Part shown: one piece after another, positions 39,246 to 49,600 of the stretch
Layout of the letters: every line of letters starts with the position of its first letter
Numbering within the stretch: the stretch's first letter is position 1
Source of the DNA: Hydrolagus affinis
Taxonomy: Eukaryota
NCBI GenBank assembly: GCA_012026655.1
Contig: JAAILG010000063.1
Span: 1-64,000, forward strand
Direction: 5' to 3'
DNA length: 64,000 nucleotides
Program-made: the position numbers and the translations under genes
Notes under the pieces: generated by a model
The model's input: the letters and a program-made list of their open reading frames with translations, nothing else
The model's database searches: none
What the model was told of the DNA's origin: nothing

Positions 39246-40499
39246 TTTGCCATTTTATAGGGCACTGAATCAGAGTTCACTATGAGAACAAAGAAATTTA
39301 GTAGTACAGTGCTTTCACAATTTACAACAACAAAATTACATTTGTATAGTGCTTTCATGTCGGGAGGACGTCCCAAGGTGCCAAATTTACCAATTTATTA
39401 ATATAAATCTATCGCCAAAATGTTAAATTTACATGTTACAGCACTAAACAACTGGTGAATACTAAATCCACTTGCAGACTGTAGATTGTACTGAGGTAGC
39501 AGACACATTTCTGTTCTCCACAGATGTTTCTTATTTATAATATGAGAAAATTCTGGATTAATATCCCAAGGATTATTAAATAATACAATACTATACAATG
39601 TAAAAGAATCAGAAATCAATATTTTAAAACATTTCTGAATAAATAAAATCTTAATTATATTTGAACTTTCTTCATGGTAAATTGAGATTAAAAGGTTGAA
39701 TTTATTGACTGTTGGTCCTCCTGTTTCTATACCTTAATAGTTCTATGAAATAGCTGCTAAAACTGAACAGAAGCCCTGCTCAGTACAACAACCTGCATCT
39801 ATAAAACACCCTTCACGCCGGATGGTGTCTTGAAGCAAATTTAGAGTGAAAATAACACATCTGTATGCCATGTCCACATTCATTACACCTACTGCATCCC
39901 ATTATACTTTCTAGGCATGGTTGGTTTGCACTCCCATTCCCCGAATTAGTATTTCACCATGCTTGTGTATGAAATCATTACTAATTGGGGGCACAGCAAA
40001 TGGGAACATACACTTTTTAATGCTTTTAATATAACTGAAATGCTTGAAACCCATTACTCACCATAACAACTGAGCTTCTCTACAGCTGCAATACTCAAGT
40101 GCAATGAAATACTGTATTTAAATACTGTACAGTATTTAGATTATGTTAATAAAGGTAAGCTCAGAATGGAGTTTCAGAATTATTTTGCAGATTTCAGGTA
40201 AAAATAAGATGAAAGGTTGTTTGTTGCAGGGAACACCTCCTTGCAAATTGTATTGTAAACATTTTGTTAAGAGAAAGATTTTTAAACAATGTCCTTTTTT
40301 AATTTAAAAAAAAGGGAATCTCTGACAACAAGCAAGAAGACCCAGGATAGATTCCCGGGTGGGTGGAAACCTTAGGCAAGTTTCCTTACTCCAAAATGCC
40401 CGTTAGCAGTGAGTAGGAATCCAGAAGCTAATCGATTAGCAGATTGCATTCCGGGGAAAATGGTTCGTGCATCAGCCTGGCCTGGTGATAGCAACCTCT

Positions 40500-40770
40500 G
40501 ACATGCCAATGGAGTACTGAGGTGCCATCCTTCGAATGCGACATTAAACCGAGGTCCCATCTGCCAGTTCAGGTGGATGTTAAAGATCCCGTGGCACTTT
40601 TCGAAAAGAGAAGGGAGTTTCTCTCAGTGTCCTGGCCAATATATGCAACTGCCTGCCACGCTTTACTCCTCAAAATACGCAGTCAATCCATTTTACAGTA
40701 TATTCTGTGAAGCACTTTGAGACGTCTCAACAGCGTGATAATGCTCTATATCAAATGCAAGGATTATTAA
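40500..40770 (+). mobile_element. Older Deu-domain SINE (relatives at about 1473-1715 -, 2480-2731 +, 20950-21200 +, 24700-24960 -, 41085-41310 +, 52802-53010 - and 57075-57370 +)
   Basis: gaggtcccatctgcc..ttcaggtggatgttaaagatcccgtggcac..gggagtt is typical of Deu-domain SINEs; L2-type tail. Confidence 0.7.
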
Positions 40771-41334
40771 GTGTTTAATTTCATATTCTGTGATTTGCAA
40801 AAGACCCAAAGTTTAGTGGTGGTATCTCTCTTGAGCTATTGGGTCATCTCGGTTCACTCTGACCTTTTACCATAATGGTCACAATAACCTTTTTAATTTT
40901 TAACCAGGACTCCTGACACAGAGATACCTATTATTCCTAAGAATATCTTTTCATTTTCAATTCAACTAAGTAAAAACAAACAGCTCGAAGCTTGCCATTG
41001 TAAATATTGTTTGACTCTGCGGTTTTAGTTGCTTAACCTCCAGCAGTACTGTACGTCACAACACTCCCTGAAATCTCTATTATTTGAGGTGCTGTCCTGT
41101 TCAAGTGTATGCTAAAGATCCCATGGCACTGTTCAAAAAGAGATGGGACTTTTCCCCCGGTGTCCTGATCAATAGTCCACAGATTGGAACAAATATGTAC
41201 TCAAATTGGTATCATGTGTGGGTGGCTTTAAAATATACAATCAGTACACTTTACAGTAAATCCTGTGAAGCGGTTTGAGACCTTCTAAAATGAAAAGCGC
41301 TATATCAAGTACAATACATCTATATCAAATATAA

Positions 41335-41705
41335 CAACAAGAAACTTATATTTGTAAAGCGCCTTTCATGCTGGGAGAACATCGTAAGGTGCTGGGAAGT
41401 CAGTGTTTCGGACCCGCGCTGGTGATTGGGGTCAGGGAGGATGGAGTGGGAGGGGAGGAAGGTGATCAAAAGCACGGTTGTAGAGGAAGGTCTTGAAGGC
41501 GGCAAGGGTTGGGGCGAGGTGGAGTTCCAGAGGATGTGGCAAAGCAGCTGAAAGCCCGCCCGCCGATTGTGGAGCGGGTGAGGTGGGAAGGTGAAGTAGG
41601 CTGGAGCCCTCTAAGCGGAGTGGGTGGGCAGATTGGTTGGGGGTTAGTAGGTCGGCAGAAGTTGGGCAGGAATGAGGCCATTGAGAGCTTTGAAGGTGAG
41701 GGCCA
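41335..41705 (-). mobile_element. L2 3' fragment
   Basis: TIGGRAFS-type ORF2 end and L2 tail. Confidence 0.75.
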
Positions 41706-41876
41706 CTTATTATTTTATATACAGTATAGTGCATTTCTGCTCAGGAGTACATCTCAAAGGACTGCCCACAGAGAAAAGCCTTGGATGACACAATAATAAG
41801 AATCATCTTTACATTCGATCCAGCAACTTGCCGGTCAGGAGCACGTTTCAAAGCAATTCACAGGACAACATAGGTA

Positions 41877-43760
41877 CAACAACAACTTCGATTTATATAG
41901 CGCCCTCCACGCCGGACGGCATCTCAGAGCGCTTCACAATAGCGGATCCCGGGACCGAGCCAGGGGCAGGGGTAGAAAGGTGACCAAAGGCATGGTCGAA
42001 GAGAAAGGTCTTCAGCTGGGACCTGAAGCTGAGAAAAAAGGGGGCGAGGCGAAGGTAGTGAGGAAGGGAATTCCAGATCCTCGGGGCATAGTGGCTGAAG
42101 GCACAGCCGCCGAGGGTGGAGCGGAGGATTCAGGGGACATGGAGGAGGCCAAACCTAGTGGAGCGAAGGCAACGGGAGCTGGTTTGAGGAGAGAGATCAG
42201 AGAGGTAGGGGGGTGCAGAGGAGTGGAGGGATTTGAAGACAAGGGTGAGGATCTTGAAGTCGATCCTCTCTGGGATAGTGAGCCAGTGAAGTCTGGAAAG
42301 GACTGGGGTAATGGGGAAGCGAAGTTTGGTGCGGGTGAGTATGCGGGCGGCAGAGTTTTGAATGAGTTGGATTTTATGGATAGTGGTGGAGGGGAGACCA
42401 GCGAGGAGGGCATTTGAATAGTCCATCCGTGAGGTGACGAAGGCAAGGACCAGGGTTTCAGCAGCTTTTGGGGTGAGATATTGCCGGAGACGGGCAATCC
42501 GTCGGAGGTGGAAGAAGGCGGTGCTGGTGAGGGACTGGATGTGGGGGAGTGCGGTCCCACTGAGGTGGATGACGGAGGACAGGCGGTGGAGGAGGATGTC
42601 GTGGTCGACTGTGTGGATCGCAGCGGACAGGTCTAGGAGGATAAGGAGGCAGAGGGAGCCCAGGTCGCAGTCTCTGTATAGTGGGCAGGATGGAAACTGG
42701 ACTAGAGGGGTTTGAAGAGGGAGTGGGAGAAGATGTGGGCGCAGAGTTGGTTTGCAACAACGCATTCCAGTACTTTTGAAAGGGCAGGTTAGAAATAGGG
42801 TGGTAGTGGCTAGGGTTTGAGGGATCTAGGGAGGGTTTTTTTAAGGAAGGGGGTGATGGCAGCAGTTTTGAGGGGGGCAGGGACTGATCCTGTGAAGAGG
42901 GACTGGTTGATGATATCAGATGATATCAGTGGGCAGAGGAGGGGGAGCTGGGTGAGCAGTAGGTTGGTGGGGATGGGATCGAGGCAGCAGGTGGTTGGCT
43001 TCATGGAGGTGAGAGTGCGTGAGAGGGAGGAAAGAGAGACTGGGGAGAAGGAGTGTAGGAAGGGTGTCAAGGTAGGAGCTGATGATGGGGAGGGTGAGGG
43101 GGATGGGATGAGGGTGGTAGTGGGTGACGAGAGGCAGGAGGATGACGCTGCCTGGCAGATATTGTGGATTTTGGAGGAAAAAAAAGTCCATGATCTCCTC
43201 GCATTTTACATTTGAAGTGAAGATTGAGGAGGCCTGAGGGTGTGCGCGGAGGAGGTGGTGGATGGTGGAAAAGAGGACTTTGGGGTTGTTGTTTGCCTCC
43301 AGGATAATGTTGGAATAGTAGGCCGTTTTCGCACAACACAAGGAACGGTGGTAGCTGTGGAGATGCTCGAGCCACAGTTGGTGGTGAACCGTGAGGCCAG
43401 TTTTTGTCACTTGCGCTCGAGCAGCCGGGGTTGGCATTTAAGGGTGCGGAGATGAGTGTTGTACCATGGGGAGCGGGTGGGTTTGGAGATAAGACTTGGA
43501 TTTAAGAGGGACGAGAGAGTTGAAGATGGAGGAGAGGCGATAGTGGAGCAGCTGGACAGTTGCTTCAGGATCGCTGTGGGTGGAACACCAGAGGGGTAGA
43601 AGGTCAGAGGATGTGAGGGCTTCTGTGAGGGTCTCAGGGGTGAGACTTTTCCATGGGTGGAAAAGTACAGTTGAGGGCTTGATGGAGGGGAGAGGGATGG
43701 AAGAGGAGCAGGAGACAAGAAAGTGCAGTGACTGCATTTGTTGGGCTTGACGCACAAGAT
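41877..43760 (-). mobile_element. 5'-truncated, frameshifted L2-clade LINE in TMED intron 1
   Basis: ORF2/RT fragments in several frames (CCLDPIPT, LLILLDLSAA, QLIQNSAARILTRTK..ITPVLSRLHWL); (GTT)n 3' tail near 41877. Confidence 0.9.
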
Positions 43761-44045
43761 GGAATCCTCTAGCTCGGTGGTTAGAGCACTTGCTTCACAA
43801 GCGAGCGACCTGGGTTCGATTCCCGGCAGAACAAAACCTTGGGCAAGCTTCCTTACTCCGCATGCCTAATAATAATCCCTAAAAAAACAATAATAATTTG
43901 GTCACTCAATCCATGATCGGTTGTGGAACACGGATGTGCACAATTGGCTGCCACATTTCACCCACAAATATAGTCAATTCACTTTACAGTATTTGAGACG
44001 TCTAGAAGACGCGGAAAAGCGCTATATCAAACGCAAGGATTATTG
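43761..44045 (+). mobile_element. Full-length tRNA-derived SINE, same family
   Basis: Same head, core and tail as the 5527 copy. Confidence 0.85.
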
Positions 44046-44343
44046 GAGTTAAGATTTGTGTCAGACCACAGCCGATCGAAGCAGTGCCGCCAAGCTATTC
44101 ATTTACCTTAGTGACCGATCACGTTCAGAAACCTGCTAGATTAACTGCTAGATTAACCAACGGTCTGACGTTGGTTGAGAACTATAAGGGAGTTCCACCA
44201 CCAATGCACAATGCGGAGACATCACAATCACAGCACAATACGGTACGACATCAATAAAACAATACTGTATATATATTTTCCCTGAAAGGAAAGGTCTTCT
44301 CTGTGGGAGAACAGACCCTTCCCCCCGCCGTTGTTGTCCCCAC

Positions 44344-44520
44344 CTGATACTCTATTTCCAAGGTGGCTCCTTTCCTCATAGTTTGGTAGAAACATTGCTT
44401 CTGAGCCGCCGCCAGGGTGAATGTAAAGTCACTGTCCGAGGACTGCGAGAAACCCAGAGAAACGTGCACCTGGACCAGGTCGACGAGGAGCCAGGCCAGC
44501 ATCCAGGACGCCGGTCCCAT
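44344..44520 (-). CDS. TMED5: TMED5-like exon 1: signal peptide plus DSDFTFTLAAAQKQCFYQTMRKGATLEIEYQ
   Basis: ATG at 44520 in strong context (aagATGg); CAG|gtggg donor; spliced CDS of 678 nt encodes 225 aa. Family assignment is secure; TMED5 versus another paralog is less so. Confidence 0.9.
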
Positions 44521-44599
44521 CTTCAAACGGAGGGTCAACGGCGAGAGGCTCGAGGAACCCGAGCTGTTGGGGCGAGTTGACGGAGCCGACATTCACCTC

Positions 44600-45260
44600 A
44601 CAACTTGTGCCGTAACCACGTGGGCCAATCGCACTTCAAACCATCACTCTCTCTCTCCCGCCCCCACTCACTCAGGCTCCAGATTTCATTCATTTTTGCT
44701 GTTATTGTCAATCATTTACTCATCGACGTGAGGGGGTCAAAATCTTACGATGTCGGCGGCCCGGTGCCAGGCTCTCCAGGATTTGTGGTCCGCGTCTTCT
44801 CCCAACCAACGGCCCTTTTTTTTCTTTTGACGCGAGGTCCCGTCCAGAATACGATCCCCAACAGTGACGGACGCCGCACAGTAGACAAGGCTGAGGAGAG
44901 TCGTGATTGATTGACGGGGAAAGGTAGCCAATCGCATGGAAGAATCTTCGAGATCCAAAGCCAATCAGAGGGTGAGAGTGTGGGTAATTGTGGGCGGGCC
45001 CGCCCGGTGATGCCTGGCCTCTGATTGTTACGTCAGGAGGAAAAAGAGGGAGGAGTTTAGGGCAGCAAGACGTTTGGGTGTAGAGTTGAAGCGCGCAAGC
45101 GTGTTACGTAACAACTCCCCTCCTCCCACCCCCCCACCCCCGGCTATACGTCACCAGGCGGAAGCTTTTTCAAATCGGTGATGGAGTTCCAACTCGACAG
45201 CGTGAGGCTGTAACGGTCGCGAGTGCGGCTGCGCGCGCACATTCACGGGGACTAGGAGCG
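44600..45260. promoter_or_regulatory. CpG-rich bidirectional promoter between TMED5-like (-) and SUCO (+)
   Basis: CpG-dense; CCAAT at 44625, 44928 and 44961; GC box near 44992; CRE-like TTACGTCA 45028 and TACGTCAC 45147; TTACGTAA 45104; ETS core CGGAAG 45159. Confidence 0.8.
44619..44629 (-). promoter_or_regulatory. ERSE-II element (ATTGG-N-CCACG)
   Basis: Reverse complement of cgtgggccaat is ATTGGCCCACG, an exact consensus match. Confidence 0.6.
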
Positions 45261-45460
45261 GGTTTGGGGAGGGGGGTGGTGGGTGGTGGTGGTGAGAGAG
45301 GAGGAGGAGGAGGAGGTTAGGAGAGGTTTTCTCCGTACGGGAAGCACACGGGCTTTATTCATGGAAACTCTTGTAACGAACTGAGACGCTGGTCGTGGTG
45401 GCGGGCCGGGGTAGGGGGTTAAAGGGGAAACCGGGAGTCGGTCGGGAGAAGACTACGAGG

Positions 45461-45484
45461 ATGTCCATTACTGTGAAAAGATGA
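45461..45484 (+). other. uORF MSITVKR* whose TGA overlaps the SUCO start codon (AUGA)
   Basis: ATG TCC ATT ACT GTG AAA AGA TGA; the main ATG is at 45481. Confidence 0.7.
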
Positions 45485-45533
45485 ACCAGCGGCACGTTTT
45501 ATTTGTATGTTTGATTTTCTCGGTGTTATACTG
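45481..45533 (+). CDS. SUCO: SUCO exon 1 (signal peptide MNQRHVLFVCLIFSVLYW)
   Basis: TG|gtgagt phase-2 donor; similar to the human SUCO N-terminus (..LVSCLFLCSLVW); synteny with DNM3. Confidence 0.85.
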
Positions 45534-46385
45534 GTGAGTGTTGCTCCCCAATTTACCATCTCCCTCTCGCTCTCTATTATCTATCTGTCTGTCTCTGCCT
45601 CTTCCACCAGGTGATGTCGGCTGCTCTCGCCCTGAGCCCGCTGAGTTAGGCCGGGCCTTCAAGAGCAGCGCTACCTTTTCCTCCTAACCTTCGCAGTTAG
45701 TTGCCCGTGTCGGAGCTGCTGCTGAATAAGCCTGAACTTTAGCAACGAGGAGGAAAATGTGCCCCCAGCGAGCGGCAGCGTCTTCCAGTCGCACTAACTT
45801 TAGGTGATCAGGACTTACCGGTTAGGCAAGATGAAATAAGAAGCCCTCTGCCTTTTACGCGCAGGCCAGGCAGGGTATGAAAGTGGATCAATGTTTATGC
45901 ATGATTTGTACGACGATGCCCTGTTTATCTGACTGCCTGCCTGCCCACTGTTGGCTTATTCCCAGCAGTTGCTTTCGAGATATTGTGAGCGCATTTCTTT
46001 CCATCCCGTTTTAAACTCGCGAAGGCTTTCCGTTTGTCTCTTCCCCAGGGAAATCATTCTGTCGTTCCGATCATCCTGCTTGCTCTTTAAGGCAAACTTG
46101 TTCACTAAAATGAACCTAAAACGGATAGTTTGGCAATGGGCGTACACATTTTTTTGCGCGTGAAGTTATAGTAATTATAATATTGTAGGCTAATTTTGAT
46201 TGATGTGGATTAAGAATGGGGCTCAAGTCTACCTGTCAAGTTTTTGACCAACGTCATTTGTAATCATTGTGACAATACAAAATGCNNNNNNNNNNNNNNN
46301 NNNNNNNNNNNNNNNNNNNNNNNNNNNNNNNNNNNNNNNNNNNNNNNNNNNNNNNNNNNNNNNNNNNNNNNNNNNNNNNNNNNNN

Positions 46386-46620
46386 GGTAATGTTGGAAGG
46401 AGTTCCAAAGGGTGGGGGCTGAGAGGCCCAACCGCCGTTGGTGGGCTGAGAGGAGGGTGTGGAACAGGCTGCTGAGTGGACAGGTTGATAAGGGGGTTGG
46501 CAGGTCACAGAGGTAGGGAAGGGCAAAGTCATGGAGGGCCTTGACAACGAGCATGAGGATTTTGAACTCTATCCTCTGAGGGATGGGGAGCCGGTGGAGT
46601 TGGGTGCCGGATGGGCAGGT
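46386..46620 (-). mobile_element. L2 ORF2 3' fragment
   Basis: QLHRLPIPQRIEFKILMLVVKALH. Confidence 0.75.
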
Positions 46621-49600
46621 AATATTTGATATATTACCTTGAAATGTCACAGAAACTGGAATGCCTCAGGGATTTTTACTGTGAAGTTTTTGTGGGTGCA
46701 CGCTTAATAGAATCATACAAGTTACAGAGCAGAAGGAGGTTACAGCCCATGAAACTTTTATTGCGTAAATTAACTATACAATTATTTCATGTAGTGTTTG
46801 AAGCCTAAGCAGGATTGAACGAAGACAGCCTCACTTTTTGGAATGGGTTAGCAATGTGATGTTTCTCTCTGAAGTTGAATTCCAGTTGAACTCTCATTTA
46901 CAAACACATAGAAAGCAATGAGTGGAAGGAAGTGCTGGGAATAATCCGACAGTCAGCAATGAAATGAACACCTATTTTGATATAGTTGGCAGTATAATTC
47001 CAAGCTACTGCATAAGCGCTGTCAAATTAGTATTGGAGTAGCTGTCCCTTTAACAATTATATGTACATTGTATGTGAGCATAATGGATATACCTGTGAGT
47101 AATCTAATCAAAGTTCAAATGCTGTCACAATCAATTGAGCAAAGTTTGAGCAATTTTAAAAATCCTAACCTGAGGATTGTAGCTGCCTTGTAGTTACTCC
47201 ATCTTTTAAAAAAGTTTTTGCTATTTCTGCTGTTGCTATTGGTCACTGGTATACTGCCAAGGATTGCTTGTGCATCTTTAACTGTTATGGGTATGTTAAC
47301 AATTTTAACAATGGTAACAAAATAAATGAAAATTTGAGTTGATTTATTGGAAAGTGTATTTTACTGTGCCAAACTAAAATATGTACCATAAGTAATGACT
47401 GATTAAGTAATAGCTTTGTTACTTAACAGCCCTGCTTTAGTTTGCCTTCAACTGAATCTTATATGGAGTCTGTAATAAAATCTATCGAATCGATGATTCC
47501 ACATGCCAGTGACCAAATGACAGATAACTCCTTGTCACCCTTATGAGTGAAAATAAATCTTGTCAGGAAGGCCTTAATGATACATTCTTGCTTACATTGA
47601 TAGAGAAAGTGGAGATAGTTATTTGTCTCCACCGTTTTTTTAAAAAAAGTTCTGGTTCTTGACTGTCAGTGAATTGCAGGATTCTGTCTCCTTTCCCCAC
47701 TTGCAAAATTGTCAAGGTCCATTGTAATACAAACACTTGTTTCATTTTTGTGCACTAAATACTTAAGCAAGAGTTATTTACTTTTCGTGGGCAAAAGTAA
47801 ACTGGACCATCATATTAAAATGCATATTAAAGTTGTACAAGAGAACATATGTTATGGCGAACAGTGAGATGCGATAAACTTGCTGCTGTGAATTCTGTTT
47901 GAATGCAAACAACCTGCCAATGAAGCAGTGATGACACTGACTAATTACCCAGCAATTAAAGAAAGTCATTAGATTAGAATGCTAAATAATTCTAGTTACT
48001 TTCTCCAACTTCATATCTGTCTGTATCTTCATTATGTGAATTAAGTGGTCATGAAATTGACGATCCTATTGTACATGACTGTAATTGGCTGTGTAATTTA
48101 CCATCACCGTAGATAAATTTAAAACACTGACCGGTTAAAACTTTTTTTTATAATGAACATATTGTGAAAAATATTTCCTGATTTTATAAAATTTAGAATG
48201 ACTGGTTTGTTAAACTGCATTTGGCCCGGTCATCAACAGTCAAATATTGGACCAAATTGGTCTACTCCATTAAGCACTTAAGTAATAATAATTAATAATA
48301 ATCTTTGCATTTGATATAGCACTTTTCACGTCCTCTAGACGTCTCAAAGAGCTTCATAGAATATACTGTAAAGTGAATTGACAATTGTATATTTCTGGGT
48401 GAAATGCTGACGTAAGATGCACCATTAGTGGCATGATTCATTTTATTCCATCAGAAACAAATTTTTGACAAGTCTCATGAAACCAGCCTTTTAAGTAATA
48501 ACTAATTCCAGTTAATGTAGCACCTTTCACTTCTGGAGAAAACCTCTGAATTTTTTGCACAAGGCCCTGTAAAACAGTAACTAATCTTTAGGCCACCATG
48601 ACAGCCCAGTTTGTGCACAGCAATGTCCCACTGTCTACCATGAAATCAATAATCAATTTTATCTGGAGCATTGTTGGCTAAATGACAAATCATACAAATG
48701 TAGGAATTGAACTTTAATGTGATATTTTGTTCTACAGGAAAGATTTTATAACAAATCCTTTATTTCTAATCTCTGCTGCCCCCCCCCTCCCCACCCCTGC
48801 TGAGGTAACTCGGGTTTACTGCATATCCCTTGTCACTCTGCATGCCACCATTTGTAGCCGAGCCTTTCATTGCTACTCTTCTATGCTCTGGATTTCCTGC
48901 CCTCTATCTTCGCTTTACTCTACCTATATTTACATCCTACCTTAAAACCTACCTCATGAACTACACCTTTCCCTTCTCCAGTGCTCTGATCCTGCTATTA
49001 TGAAGAGCTTCAAGCCTATATTCTTTCTAAAAGTATACCTATATAAATGTACTTAGTTAAATGCCAGGTGTTGTTAAGTTGCATTATCAGTACTCTTTAA
49101 AAATTAAAAGGGTTAATTAACTTTATTAGGAAAACTGCCAGGAGTTGAATGATCCTTTGGACTGTTTGCTAATATTGAAACATACTATTCTTGTAGGATG
49201 ACTTATGCTATTTATTACTTTAACATTCTTTTACTGTTAGGTGTACGATAAGTAGGATTTGTTATTGTTCCTCTTACATAATTGCCTCTCTCTTTGGTTA
49301 ACCTGTCAGAATATTAGCTTTGACACTAAATTCACTTTTATATGAAAATTTGTATGCCACTTGAATGAGATTCAAACGTTTTTCCTGCAGTAACACCTGA
49401 TGACCTTTACTCTTTTCAAAAGCAGTAATTGAGAATAAACTTTATTGTTGTTCTTGCGTATACTGCAAAGATAAGGTAAAAATGGGCAAAAAATCATCTC
49501 CAGGATGTGTTTTAACCATCCATGTCTGCACAGCAGATTAGAGGAAGCAACTACCAATGCTATGCTTTGACTACTAAGTGATCTTAAAGGAGCTCCAAAT

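Noticed and set aside
41980-43757. Long overlapping ORFs on both strands (up to 211 aa)
   Set aside because: Frameshifted L2 ORF2 remnants and their antisense shadows, not host genes
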